A stretch of 64,000 nt of DNA from Calditrichaceae bacterium (GCA_050173015.1 JBFXLE010000002.1:160001-224000), one strand, 5' to 3'; positions 1 through 10,132 are shown, numbered from the stretch's first letter. Numbers and translations are program-made. The notes: a model not told the origin generated them from the letters alone.

Positions 1-369
1 CTCGCGGGTCACGTAATCATTGAAGATTGGGCTGCCATTGGAGGACTGACGCCTGTTCATCAATTTGCTCATGTTGGGGCCCACAGTTTTACCGGTGGGG
101 GATTACGTGTCAGTAAAGATGTACCTCCATATATCAAAGCCATGGGCGAACCCATCACGTATGGTGGTCTCAATTCCATAGGACTAAAAAGGCGCGGATT
201 CTCGGATGAAGTGCTTCTGGAGCTGAAAAGAGCTTACAAATTACTGTATCGTGAGAATCTTACTGTTAAGGAAGCCATAGACAAGATCAAAGACAATTTG
301 CAGCCTCTCCCTGAAATTATGCATCTTATCAAATTTTTAAGTGAAAGTGAACGTGGAATTATTCGATAA
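1..369 (+). CDS. lpxA: UDP-N-acetylglucosamine acyltransferase LpxA, C-terminal part (5' truncated by window)
   Basis: Frame 1 reads LAGHVIIEDWAAIGGLTPVHQF...SKDVPPY...GLNSIGLKRRGF...SERGIIR*, typical LpxA hexapeptide and C-terminal helical region. Confidence 0.95.
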   Translation, partial: LAGHVIIEDWAAIGGLTPVHQFAHVGAHSFTGGGLRVSKDVPPYIKAMGEPITYGGLNSIGLKRRGFSDEVLLELKRAYKLLYRENLTVKEAIDKIKDNLQPLPEIMHLIKFLSESERGIIR

Positions 370-388
370 GAATAATCATATATTTCAG

Positions 389-1174
389 TTGGACAGGATG
401 AGAGTTATTCCATTTGAAAACTGGTCCGGAGTCAGGAATATGGCTCTCGATCAGTTTTTTGCTTTAAATATGAATGCGGACAGCTGTCCTGTCCTGAGAT
501 TTTACGGTTGGAACCCATTCTGTCTTTCCCTCGGATATCATCAAAAAACAGATGATGTTGATATTGATAAAATCAATGACGGGGGGTACCAACTTGTTCG
601 CCGGCCGACGGGTGGAAGCGCGATATTTCATTCGGATGAATTAACCTACAGCTTGATTGTCCCCGGAAAGGCTCTGCGGCATCATGAGGTTTATAATACA
701 TTTCATTTTTATCTTGCAAATGCATTAAACGATCTTGGGATTCAGGTTACGCTATCCAAAAATGAAAGCCGCGCGTCTTATCTGAATCAGGGACAAAAGT
801 CCTTTGCCTGTTTCAACCGATCCGCCTATTCCGAAATACAATATAACGGCAAAAAGGTTGTGGGAAGCGCCCAGAAAATATACCCGAATGCCATTCTACA
901 GCATGGTTCAATTATGCTAGGCGCTGAGCATGAAAAAATCGCTTCATTTCTGAAAATTAATAATTCAGAAAAAATTAAATATATTGAACTTTTGCGTAAT
1001 AATTCTACAAGTTTGACGAAAATCACCGACAATAGACTAAAAGAGTCACAAATTGAAGAGGCGCTCATAAAGCAATTTGAATTACATGATAAGTTCCGCA
1101 TGTTTTTCCAATATATTTCCCATGAGGAGATTGAAAAGTCAAAAAACTATGATAAAGATTTCCAAATTCCCTGA
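389..1174 (+). CDS. Lipoate-protein ligase A / LipM-like octanoyltransferase family protein
   Basis: NMALD, LRFYGW..SLGYHQ, VRRPTGGSAIFH, GKKVVGSAQ, LQHGSI motifs; start uncertain (341 GTG, 389 TTG or 398 ATG). Confidence 0.9.
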   Translation: MDRMRVIPFENWSGVRNMALDQFFALNMNADSCPVLRFYGWNPFCLSLGYHQKTDDVDIDKINDGGYQLVRRPTGGSAIFHSDELTYSLIVPGKALRHHEVYNTFHFYLANALNDLGIQVTLSKNESRASYLNQGQKSFACFNRSAYSEIQYNGKKVVGSAQKIYPNAILQHGSIMLGAEHEKIASFLKINNSEKIKYIELLRNNSTSLTKITDNRLKESQIEEALIKQFELHDKFRMFFQYISHEEIEKSKNYDKDFQIP

Positions 1175-1207
1175 TCGCGGCCTGATTTGTCAGGTCAATT
1201 GTCTTTG

Positions 1208-1236
1208 TTGCAATTTTTAGTAGTTTAAATTATATT
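1208..1236 (+). promoter_or_regulatory. Putative sigma70 promoter
   Basis: TTGCAA-17 nt-TATATT upstream of the 1289 gene. Confidence 0.5.
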
Positions 1237-1288
1237 GATTTTCATTCAGGCAGATTTTATTATTGAACGCCAGACAGGAGGAGAAGGT

Positions 1289-2131
1289 ATGAGACGATTT
1301 TTGGTTCTATTCGCGGCAAACATTTTTTTATTTTCGACAGCTTTTGCTCAGAGTGATTTGGATCTGACAAAATATTCCAGCCTAAAAGCAGTTGAGGATC
1401 AGGTACAGGATATCACGGATGCGGTACATTCCGGGATGAATGTTCTTGACTGGACAGATGGTTCTGGCCCTACTTTATTTAGAGTAAGCGTGGATGTTTT
1501 TGCAGGATTCGGCAGTTTTGACGCACTACCAGAAATTGGATTAAAGGACAGTGGTATCGCGCCGGGCGCTTTGGGTGTTCAGGGCGGATTTGGTACAGCA
1601 GGCCTGGAGGCCTACGTGCGATATTTCCCGGAATTGACTGTTTCAGACGTGGATCTAAGTTCTATCGGTTTTGGACTTAAATACGAACTCTCCAAAATAG
1701 TGCCCATACCGATGTTGCCGTCAACAAGTGTTTATGTGGATTATAACACTTTAAGTTTTGGGGTAAATGCAACCCGTAAAGGAAGCGTTCCATATTCAGG
1801 AAACAACGGCACAACAAATGTGAGTTACGAGGCGAAATCCGGCATCGATATGGCTTTTTCAACTATTAATATAGGTCTCATCGCCAGCTATGATTTGGTT
1901 TTGGTTCGGTTTTATGGTAAACTCGCTTATGAAATAGGATCGACTGATATCGACTGGAATTATGTAACCGCGGTCAGTGAAACCGAATATGAGATACGTA
2001 AAAACAGTGATGAATTTACAAATTCAGGACTCAGATATGGTGTTGGTATGTCTCTGTTCGGAATAAAGGCGGAAGCCGGTGGACGAGGAAGTAATTTGTA
2101 TTTTGGTGTCGGATACGGCATTTCGATATAA
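1289..2131 (+). CDS. Secreted/outer-membrane beta-barrel-like protein (DUF6588-like)
   Basis: GGAGGAG RBS, then MRRFLVLF...AFA signal peptide; LEAYVRYFP...GFGLKYEL motif; alternating beta-strand C-terminus. Confidence 0.6.
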   Translation: MRRFLVLFAANIFLFSTAFAQSDLDLTKYSSLKAVEDQVQDITDAVHSGMNVLDWTDGSGPTLFRVSVDVFAGFGSFDALPEIGLKDSGIAPGALGVQGGFGTAGLEAYVRYFPELTVSDVDLSSIGFGLKYELSKIVPIPMLPSTSVYVDYNTLSFGVNATRKGSVPYSGNNGTTNVSYEAKSGIDMAFSTINIGLIASYDLVLVRFYGKLAYEIGSTDIDWNYVTAVSETEYEIRKNSDEFTNSGLRYGVGMSLFGIKAEAGGRGSNLYFGVGYGISI

Positions 2132-2138
2132 AATATCT

Positions 2139-2168
2139 AATAGCCTCGCCCTGGCGAGGCTATTTTAT
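2139..2168 (+). terminator. Rho-independent terminator
   Basis: AATAGCCTCGCC-CT-GGCGAGGCTATT inverted repeat followed by T-rich tail. Confidence 0.85.
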
Positions 2169-2258
2169 TATTCAGGAATAATTGCTATTCCTTTTGCCTT
2201 AAATCCGTAAATTTACTCTTTATTTACTCCAATAAAAGAACAATATTATTTTATAAAA

Positions 2259-3170
2259 ATGAGCAAAATGGTGCGTTATCCAAATATTTCAGGAAGAATT
2301 ATATATTCGGGTTTATTAGCTATTGTCATTATAGTCAGTCTTTTATCGGGGTCTTTTAAACCGGTCTATGCGGGCGACTTGAAGACTGAGTTAGAAAAAA
2401 TTATCAGGGAATCAGAAAATGCCGAAGAAACCCTGAAAGGATATCTTAACCCTTTTTCGGATATCGCCGGAACCAGCATGTCAACAGGAATATTTCACAA
2501 GGCACCCGCAAATTCATTCCCGCATATCAATGCAGGTATCAACGTGATAAGTACCGCTGTTCCATCGGGAAGCCGGTATTTTACAGACGATAGCGGCATA
2601 AGGCATTCAACCATATTTGGAAATGAGAAGATTAACGGTACGGACAGCTTTGATGGTCTTGGCAATGATCGTTTAAGTCTCCCGATCGCCACATTCAGTA
2701 TCGGGCTCTTTACGAATTTTGAATTTACGCTGCGTTATACAAAATGGGATGTCTCCGAAATCGGGGATGTCAGTTTGTTTGGTGGCGGGATCAAATATGA
2801 ATTGATCGAATTGGTACCAGGATCATTAATTCCTGTTGAGATGAGCGTAATGGCTTCCTACCACTTTTTTAACGTAGAAGATTATCTGGAATCCGGCGCG
2901 TTTGGAATGAACATGATCATTTCGCGGGGATTTCAGCCTCTGCCGTTTAATATTTACGCGGGAATTGGATATGTAAATAGTTTGTTATTATTATATACAG
3001 ATAAAATAGTTGAATCGGGGGCGGATTTTGGAGAAGTTTCCGTCGACGGCGTCGATGGCTTGCGGTATCAGGTTGGAATTGGGTTCGATATTATGATGTT
3101 TAATCTTCATGCTGATTATAATTTCGGTGAATATGATTCCATTTCTGCAGGGATTTTTCTTGAATTATGA
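2259..3170 (+). CDS. Secreted/outer-membrane beta-barrel-like protein (DUF6588-like), paralogue of upstream gene
   Basis: N-terminal hydrophobic segment; GYLNPF...MSTGIFH, FEFTLRY...FGGGIKYEL, LHADYNFGEYDSISAG motifs. Confidence 0.65.
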   Translation: MSKMVRYPNISGRIIYSGLLAIVIIVSLLSGSFKPVYAGDLKTELEKIIRESENAEETLKGYLNPFSDIAGTSMSTGIFHKAPANSFPHINAGINVISTAVPSGSRYFTDDSGIRHSTIFGNEKINGTDSFDGLGNDRLSLPIATFSIGLFTNFEFTLRYTKWDVSEIGDVSLFGGGIKYELIELVPGSLIPVEMSVMASYHFFNVEDYLESGAFGMNMIISRGFQPLPFNIYAGIGYVNSLLLLYTDKIVESGADFGEVSVDGVDGLRYQVGIGFDIMMFNLHADYNFGEYDSISAGIFLEL

Positions 3171-3304
3171 GAATAATGATCATTTATACAGATCAAATAT
3201 ATAGATTAGTGTTATCAGTTTTTTTCGCGCATAACTGAAACCAATTTTGCGGAAAGACGTTAACACAAAATTGTAGAATAAACTGAAAGTTGAGAATATT
3301 TAAA

Positions 3305-4621
3305 ATGCTTAACATTATTGCAATCGTTTTTGTTTTTAGTTTGCTGGTAATCATTCATGAGCTGGGCCATTTTTTCGCGGCAAAATGGATGGGAGTACGA
3401 GTTGAAAAATTCTCGATAGGATTTCCTCCAACCGTTTACAGAAAAAAAATCGGTGAAACTGAATTTTGTATTTCGGCAATACCTCTTGGAGGTTATGTTA
3501 AAATGGCCGGATTTATTGATGAGAGTCTTGATTCTGAAATTACAGGCGCCGATGATGAATTCAATTCAAAACCTGTATGGCGCAGAATTGTAATTATTGT
3601 TGCCGGTGTTATAATGAATCTGATTTTGGCGATCGGAATTCTTACATTTCTTAATTATTCACAAGGCGAACGCATCATTCCTATCACTACGGTGGGAATT
3701 GTGGGAGAGGGTGGAGTCGCTGAGAAGATTGGTTTCGAAAAAGATGATAAAATAATAAAAATTGATAATACGCCGGTCATGACCTGGAATGAGGTGCAAT
3801 CAAATTTTGTGGATCATCTCAATCATGATTTTTCATTCACAATCATTCGTGATGAAAAAGAGATGCAGCTTTGGTATAAGAAGGAGTGGTTTAAGGATCG
3901 GAAAGGGGAGCAGCTGGATATCGCTCCACTATTCACCGCTAAAGTCGGTGATGTCAGTTCTTCGATGCCTGCGGGAGTACTCGGCTTAAAAACCGGTGAT
4001 AAGATTCTCGAAGTAAATGGCGAGGCTGTCAATGACTGGATGGCGATGACTGACGCGATCAGAGCTCACCCGGATGAAGAGATTAGAATAAAGTGGGAGA
4101 GGAATTCAGAAATTTTTGAGGGCAATCTCACACCGGATGCTTATGAAGAAAAAAATGAACAGGGTGAGATTGAGAAAGTCGGTAAGATTGGAATAGGATA
4201 CTATTACGAACACAAAGATATAGGGTTGGCGAAGGCGGTACTAAATGGTTTTGAGAACACCTATGACTTAATTGTTCTGAATATGCGTGGATTCTGGTGG
4301 TGGATTTCCGGCACCAAATCCGCTTCGGAAATTCTTGGCGGCCCGATCACCATTGCCAAAATGGCGGGTGATGCGGCACAAGCGGGCTGGACGCAGTTGT
4401 GGTACCTGATCGCCGCGCTGAGCGCCATTCTAGCTATTTTTAACATACTTCCCATCCCTGCTTTGGATGGGGGGCATCTGTTTTTTCTGATTATTGAAGG
4501 AATTATGGGACGTCCCATACCGACAAAAGTAAAAATAAAAGTGCAGCAGATAGGTATGGCGGTTCTTCTGACATTTATCGTTTTTATACTTTATGTGGAC
4601 TTAAAACGGTTACTTTTTTAA
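3305..4621 (+). CDS. rseP: RIP metalloprotease RseP (site-2 protease, two PDZ domains)
   Basis: HELGH zinc motif, FSIGF, IPLGGYVKM, GPITI, FNILPIPALDGGH. Confidence 0.95.
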   Translation: MLNIIAIVFVFSLLVIIHELGHFFAAKWMGVRVEKFSIGFPPTVYRKKIGETEFCISAIPLGGYVKMAGFIDESLDSEITGADDEFNSKPVWRRIVIIVAGVIMNLILAIGILTFLNYSQGERIIPITTVGIVGEGGVAEKIGFEKDDKIIKIDNTPVMTWNEVQSNFVDHLNHDFSFTIIRDEKEMQLWYKKEWFKDRKGEQLDIAPLFTAKVGDVSSSMPAGVLGLKTGDKILEVNGEAVNDWMAMTDAIRAHPDEEIRIKWERNSEIFEGNLTPDAYEEKNEQGEIEKVGKIGIGYYYEHKDIGLAKAVLNGFENTYDLIVLNMRGFWWWISGTKSASEILGGPITIAKMAGDAAQAGWTQLWYLIAALSAILAIFNILPIPALDGGHLFFLIIEGIMGRPIPTKVKIKVQQIGMAVLLTFIVFILYVDLKRLLF

Positions 4622-4662
4622 TCAAAATTTCTTTTTGCAATATTTGGGAAATAGTTTAACTT

Positions 4663-4700
4663 AAAACACCATCGGAAATGATCTGATGGTGTTTTTTTTT
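4663..4700 (+). terminator. Rho-independent terminator
   Basis: AAAACACCATCGGA-loop-TCTGATGGTGTTTT followed by poly-T. Confidence 0.85.
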
Positions 4701-4728
4701 GAGATAATGACAAAAAAAAGATCGAAAC

Positions 4729-6951
4729 ATGAACACACTTACTCTTACTAATCAGATTGAAGCCTTTATCGCGGCTAGTATCACAAATAATTATAATACG
4801 CATATCAACGATGTTTTGTTTTTATTGGACAAAGGGAAAGTAGAAGAATCCTCGCATTCCGTTAAGAATAATGATATCACTTTAAGCGGAATTTATCCCG
4901 GGATGATCCGCGAGCGTTTCAGGTTACCTCAGACCCGAATTTATTTTACGGTGATCCAGAATGATAAACTTAAAATTCAAACAATCGAATTTCAAAATGA
5001 CACCATCGTTATTATTTCTGTTTTTACCGGAACGAAGAGGATAAAACTTAAAATTAACCAGAATAACAATTATCATGTGTTAAGCTCTCTCGATCCAGAG
5101 GCGGAAACATCAGCGCTGTTTGATTTCTCCATCACCGAATCAGCGGTAGTCTGGGTGACAAATGATGATAAAATGTCATCAATAAATCAATTAATGCCCT
5201 GTATCAATGAACTCTATCAGGCTGAGATTGCATGCCATCCGATTCATCAAATCTCTTCAGAAAATAAGCACTTTTTGATGAATATTGATGAATGTTGGGC
5301 CCAGCTTGACTGTATTAGTAAGGGCAGAGAAATTAGAACAATAATTTCAACACAAAAATTTATCTGGCTTCAGGAAATTTATCTATATTTTGGCTGGTAT
5401 GATGAATTATCATTCTTTTACAAATATAAACACAGCCATGTGGATGATCTCAATGAATCGGATAAATATTGGCTTGCGATAGCGCATAATAGATTTATTT
5501 TGAGTTATCAAAATCAAAAACAATCTGGAACAGAGAAAGTAGATAATTTTTTCAACGATTACATCAACGGAGAGCTCATTGATAATCCTGAATTGAACCG
5601 AAATCTGCAATCATTTTGGGAGAGAATAAGTAAACCGGCTATGAGGGCGTATTTTGAGCGGTCATTTATGACAAATCCCCATGAAATTATTGCTTTTGGG
5701 CTGCTCGCGACTGACCGTCAATTTTGGTGGGCAGATACTTTAAGAAATAAAATTCTGAAGTTGATTGCCGAATCAGCCGACAAGTCATTCAGATCCATAA
5801 TCGAGTTACTTTTTTATCTGAAATCAGATCATCTCAACATCGCGATTATTACGAACGGGTTACATTTCACTGGAACAAGTAAGAATTATGGAAGGTCTGA
5901 AGTCAAAATGACCGATACCGGAATCCGTTTTAAAAGTCATCAGGTAAAATCAGTTGCATTTACAAGCGCGAATCAGATGGATGTGTTTTCTTTTCGGGTA
6001 AATAGAAAAGCGCGGATTCATTATCAGGCGGAAAAAAAGTCGCTGAAAATATATCCCGTGGTTTTTCAGCCTCCCGTTATCGAAAATTCATTGAATTTTA
6101 TCCAAATTGAATCATCAAACATAAAATTTGATATACCGTTGATCTGGAGAGATTTTATCGCGGAAATAAATGGCAACAGATTCAAATTCATATTGAAAAA
6201 AGATCGGTATCAGGTAAATATAAAGAGAAAACCATCTGAGGAAGCACTTTGTCTAAATAGTGAAAAGATATTATTTGAAGACAGCTTATATACAAAAATC
6301 TATATTAATATCAAAAAGCGCCCGAGTCAGTCTTACTTCATGGTTTATGATCAGAATGGCGCGAGAATTGATGGGTTTGGTCCGCATATAAAAAGTATCG
6401 TTCCGCGAGGTCACGGATATGATATGATGGGATCCATCATTGAAGAATATCAAATCAGTTCAAACCAATCTTCAAAAAGCAGCAGAACAATGACTAACTC
6501 GATGAATCCAGAGGCGATAGATGTCGCCTCTTCGGAACTGCATTTAAAATTTAGGGCGAAAAAATGTCTGCCGGTTTCTCTGAATTTCCCCGGATCGGAC
6601 GGCTCCTTTTGGCGATTATCACAAACCGATAGTGATTTACTCAAAAACAGGTTGATCTTTTATCTCCAGAATTATACCGATAAAAAAAACGTATCTCTAC
6701 GCGAATTATGCGCAAAATATTTAGGATTTTACCCATCCATAAAACGGTTTAATGAGTTAATTTATTTAAGAACTCAATTCGCTGTAATAGTGGGGAGCGG
6801 CTTAAATTTTGAGAATGAAATAAAATTTGACGGGTATTCAGCTATAAACTTGAAAGAAGCCGGAAATAAGCGCGCAATTTATATTGAAGAAAACAGATTG
6901 GAATATTTTTTAAAAAACTTCAGCGAAATGGGCCATGGGCACATAAAATAA
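4729..6951 (+). CDS. Hypothetical protein (740 aa), no recognisable motif
   Basis: Long uninterrupted ORF in AT-rich DNA filling the gap between the rseP terminator and the tRNA promoter. Confidence 0.8.
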   Translation: MNTLTLTNQIEAFIAASITNNYNTHINDVLFLLDKGKVEESSHSVKNNDITLSGIYPGMIRERFRLPQTRIYFTVIQNDKLKIQTIEFQNDTIVIISVFTGTKRIKLKINQNNNYHVLSSLDPEAETSALFDFSITESAVVWVTNDDKMSSINQLMPCINELYQAEIACHPIHQISSENKHFLMNIDECWAQLDCISKGREIRTIISTQKFIWLQEIYLYFGWYDELSFFYKYKHSHVDDLNESDKYWLAIAHNRFILSYQNQKQSGTEKVDNFFNDYINGELIDNPELNRNLQSFWERISKPAMRAYFERSFMTNPHEIIAFGLLATDRQFWWADTLRNKILKLIAESADKSFRSIIELLFYLKSDHLNIAIITNGLHFTGTSKNYGRSEVKMTDTGIRFKSHQVKSVAFTSANQMDVFSFRVNRKARIHYQAEKKSLKIYPVVFQPPVIENSLNFIQIESSNIKFDIPLIWRDFIAEINGNRFKFILKKDRYQVNIKRKPSEEALCLNSEKILFEDSLYTKIYINIKKRPSQSYFMVYDQNGARIDGFGPHIKSIVPRGHGYDMMGSIIEEYQISSNQSSKSSRTMTNSMNPEAIDVASSELHLKFRAKKCLPVSLNFPGSDGSFWRLSQTDSDLLKNRLIFYLQNYTDKKNVSLRELCAKYLGFYPSIKRFNELIYLRTQFAVIVGSGLNFENEIKFDGYSAINLKEAGNKRAIYIEENRLEYFLKNFSEMGHGHIK

Positions 6952-6953
6952 AT

Positions 6954-6982
6954 TTGATTTTATTTTCTGAATTTGATACATT
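6954..6982 (+). promoter_or_regulatory. Putative sigma70 promoter of tRNA-Ile2
   Basis: TTGATT-17 nt-TACATT, 26 nt before the tRNA. Confidence 0.5.
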
Positions 6983-7008
6983 ACTTCACTCTAATGATGA
7001 ATCATTAA

Positions 7009-7082
7009 GGGCCCATAGCTCAGTTGGTTAGAGCAGCCGACTCATAATCGGCTGGTCCGGGGTTCGAGTCCCTGTGGGCCCA
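7009..7082 (+). tRNA. tRNA-Ile2 (CAT anticodon, lysidine type); CCA not encoded
   Basis: Cloverleaf GGGCCCA/TGGGCCC, AGCTCAGTTGGTTAGAGC D-arm, GCCGA-CTCATAA-TCGGC anticodon arm, GTTCGAG T-loop; resembles the ileX type rather than Met tRNAs. Confidence 0.9.
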
Positions 7083-7186
7083 CATTGCTTTTTTGAAAAT
7101 GTTATTTGATATGGAAAATATGTATAATTTGAGCATGAAATTTGAAATTAAAACTAGAACTAAAAATATATTAAAAAATCATTCAG

Positions 7187-7219
7187 AAGTGCATTCCGGA
7201 ACCGGGGTGCACTTTTTTT
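7187..7219 (+). terminator. Rho-independent terminator downstream of tRNA
   Basis: AAGTGCATTCCGG-AA-CCGGGGTGCACTT followed by T run. Confidence 0.75.
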
Positions 7220-7242
7220 ATTTATAAATAGGAGGTTTTAGA

Positions 7243-7956
7243 GTGCAGAAAACTTTGTATGCTTTAATTGAACTGCAAGAAATTGATAATCGTCTGGATG
7301 AATTGCAGGCTGAGCGTGGAGACCTGCCTCTTATAGTAGAGGATCTTGAAAGAAAAATCGATGATAAAAAAACGGAATTAAAAAGTTTACAGTCCGAACT
7401 AAAAAGCTCAAGATTACGAGTGAGTGAATTAAATACAATCCTGGATGACTCAAAAGAAAAAGCAAAAAAATATGAAGAACAACTCTATCAGGTTAAAACG
7501 AATAAAGAATATGACGCTATAACAGCTGAGACTGAATCGGTAAAGAATGTTCTTACAGAAGGCGAAGACGAATTACTCGAAGTTACAATGAAAATGGAAC
7601 AAATCGATACACAAGTCGCTGAAATAGAAGAAGAACTTTCGAAATTAAACGCTGAACTGGATACAAACAGTATTGAGCTCAACGCGAAAATGAGTGAAAC
7701 CGCCGAAGAAGAAAATATGTTGCGCCATGAGCGTGAAATAATTGTGAAAAAATCAGGTCCTGAGATTATTAAGTCTTATGAAATCATCAGAGAAGCTCGC
7801 GACGGAATGGGTATTGCGCGTATTGTGAACGATGTTTGCGGTGGATGTTATTCTTATATTCCTCCTCAAAAGGTCGTTGAAGTAAAGAAGATGAAAAAAA
7901 TATATACCTGTGAGTTTTGTGGGCGCATCCTTGTTTGGGATGAATCAAATTCTTGA
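7243..7956 (+). CDS. Coiled-coil protein with C-terminal C4 zinc ribbon (DUF164 / CT398-like)
   Basis: GGAGG RBS + GTG; LIELQEID, KTNKEYDA, CGGC...CEFCGRIL. Confidence 0.9.
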   Translation: MQKTLYALIELQEIDNRLDELQAERGDLPLIVEDLERKIDDKKTELKSLQSELKSSRLRVSELNTILDDSKEKAKKYEEQLYQVKTNKEYDAITAETESVKNVLTEGEDELLEVTMKMEQIDTQVAEIEEELSKLNAELDTNSIELNAKMSETAEEENMLRHEREIIVKKSGPEIIKSYEIIREARDGMGIARIVNDVCGGCYSYIPPQKVVEVKKMKKIYTCEFCGRILVWDESNS

Positions 7957-7979
7957 CAAAAAATAATTAAATAAAAACA

Positions 7980-8403
7980 GACTCAATGCGGGTCAGGTAG
8001 TCGCCCTGATTAATAAATCGGGGAGGAAAGTCCGAACATCAGAGGGCAGGGTTTTCTGAGAAATCAGGAACAGCGTGTAAACGCTGATGGAAAGTGTCAC
8101 AGAAAAAATACCGCCCCGGTAGGCCGGGGTAAGGGTGAAAAGGAGAGGTAAGAGCTCACCACTTTGTTCCCGCGGGAACGTCTCAAAGAGACGCCATTTT
8201 GGCAAAGGTATGACAAACCCAATCCGATGCAAGACCAAATATAGAAGGATTTCATCCAGAATGCGTAAAGCCCCTTACGCGTGCGAATCTATCGCACATT
8301 CTTCAGGGTAGGTCGCGTAAGTTAACCGGCAACGGTTGATTAAGATAAATGGCTACTACTTCCACCGGAAGACAGAATTCGGCTTATCGATCCGCAAAGA
8401 GTT
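7980..8403 (+). ncRNA. rnpB: RNase P RNA (type A)
   Basis: GAGGAAAGTCCG and ACAGAATTCGGCTTAT conserved P4 halves, GGAAAGTGTCACAGAAA, GGTAAGAGC, GCAAGACCAAAT; terminal P1 pairing TGCGGGTC/GATCCGCA. Confidence 0.95.
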
Positions 8404-8425
8404 TATTCTTTCAAAGTATGGAGCG

Positions 8426-10132
8426 ATGATGCTTTATCGTTGGGAGTTCGCAGATTTAAGGGATGAAGCAGAAGTAGCTCAGTTGGCAAATGATTTTAAT
8501 ATCCATCCTATTATCGCTCAAATCATCCTGGACAGGAATATTGATACTCAATCAAAAATTGAAGATTTTTTCCATCCTAAACTTGAGAATCTACTTGATC
8601 CCTTTCTAATGCTCCACATGGAGAAGGCAGTTAACCGAATCATCCGGGCGCTTGCTGATGGTGAACAAATTCTGGTTTATGGGGACTATGATGTTGATGG
8701 TGTCACCGGAGTGGCGATTCTGTATAATGTGCTTTTTAATCTGGGTGGCAAAGTCTCCTTTTTTATTCCGGATCGGTTTAATGATGGTTATGGTGTTTCA
8801 AAAAAAGGAATAAATGTTGCAAATTCCAGAAAAAGTTCATTAATTATTACGGTTGATTGCGGGATAACAGCTGTAGAAGAAATCGCGTATGCAAATGAAA
8901 TGGGCATTGATGTAATTGTGTGCGATCATCATGAACCCGGTCCGGAAATTCCTGACGCATTTGCTATTCTCGATCCAAAATTGAAAGAATCACCTTATCC
9001 GTTCAGAGATCTGGCCGGGTGCGGAGTCGCTTTCAAATTTATGCAGGGTTTGGTCAATAAACTTGGTTATAGTCAGGAAATTGTCACCGAGTATCTGGAT
9101 CTGATTGCACTCGGCACATCTGCTGATATCGTCCCGCTTGTTAACGAGAACCGGATTCTTGTTCACTACGGGCTGAATCAGATTAATCAGTCACCCCGGA
9201 ACGGTTTATTCGCAATTTTGGAGATTCTTGGGTTGACTGATCACGAGCTCAATGTAAGTACGATTGTCTTTGTGCTTGCGCCCCGGCTTAATGCAGTAGG
9301 CAGAATGTCAAATGCGAAAAAGGCTGTACATTTATTAAGCAGTAAGAGTTTGCAGCAGAGCCGTAATATTGCGCGTATTTTAGAAAATGAAAATAAAGCA
9401 AGAAAAAATGTCGATGAACTGACTTTCAGGGAAGCTGAATCCTATGTTGAAAATAATATCGATCTGAATTCAAAACGTGTACTGGTTTTAGCGAAAGATG
9501 ACTGGCATCCCGGAGTAATCGGAATTGTGGCATCCCGTTTGATGGAAAAATATAGCAGACCGACCGTACTTATCTCGCTACAGGACGGAATGGGACGAGG
9601 ATCTGCCCGCTCGGCTTTGAATTTTGATATATATGAAGCTTTTCGAAAGTTAAGTCACCTGTTGGAAAATTATGGAGGTCACAAATTTGCGGCAGGGATG
9701 AATATTGTTTCTGAGAATATACCGGAATTTGATAAATTGATAAATGATCTTGCATTGCAGGAAATTGAGCAGGATGAAATGGTGTCAAAATTGAAAATTG
9801 ATGCCAGAGTAACATTAGATCAGTTTGATGCTAATTTTTTAAACGGTTTAAAATCTTTGGCCCCGTTCGGACCGAGTAATATGCGACCGGTATTTGTAAC
9901 TGATAATCTGCAAATATACGGAAACGTGACCAAAGTGGGAAATAATCATCTAAAATTGAAATTTAAGCAAAATGGCGTTGTTATAGATGCAATAGGGTAT
10001 AACCTGGGTGAATCTGTCCCAATGCTTAGGGAATCGGATCTCAGGTTAAGCTGTGCGTATGTACTGGAAGAAAACAAATGGAACGGACAAACCACAATTC
10101 AAATGAGAATTAAGGATTTTGAGGTGCAATAA
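8426..10132 (+). CDS. recJ: Single-stranded DNA exonuclease RecJ
   Basis: YGDYDVDG, TVDCG, DHH, PRLNAVGR, GSARS, GGHKFAAG; true start ATG 8426/8429 because the ORF-track start overlaps rnpB. Confidence 0.96.
   Translation: MMLYRWEFADLRDEAEVAQLANDFNIHPIIAQIILDRNIDTQSKIEDFFHPKLENLLDPFLMLHMEKAVNRIIRALADGEQILVYGDYDVDGVTGVAILYNVLFNLGGKVSFFIPDRFNDGYGVSKKGINVANSRKSSLIITVDCGITAVEEIAYANEMGIDVIVCDHHEPGPEIPDAFAILDPKLKESPYPFRDLAGCGVAFKFMQGLVNKLGYSQEIVTEYLDLIALGTSADIVPLVNENRILVHYGLNQINQSPRNGLFAILEILGLTDHELNVSTIVFVLAPRLNAVGRMSNAKKAVHLLSSKSLQQSRNIARILENENKARKNVDELTFREAESYVENNIDLNSKRVLVLAKDDWHPGVIGIVASRLMEKYSRPTVLISLQDGMGRGSARSALNFDIYEAFRKLSHLLENYGGHKFAAGMNIVSENIPEFDKLINDLALQEIEQDEMVSKLKIDARVTLDQFDANFLNGLKSLAPFGPSNMRPVFVTDNLQIYGNVTKVGNNHLKLKFKQNGVVIDAIGYNLGESVPMLRESDLRLSCAYVLEENKWNGQTTIQMRIKDFEVQ

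Noticed and set aside
4729..7082. Possible genomic island at tRNA-Ile2
   Set aside because: The orphan lies 5' of the tRNA; no integrase and no duplicated tRNA 3' end seen
7993..8238. 81-aa minus-strand ORF
   Set aside because: Antisense to rnpB, no protein features
8336..8425. N-terminal extension of recJ in the ORF track
   Set aside because: Overlaps the 3' end of RNase P RNA; a GGAG RBS supports a start at 8426/8429
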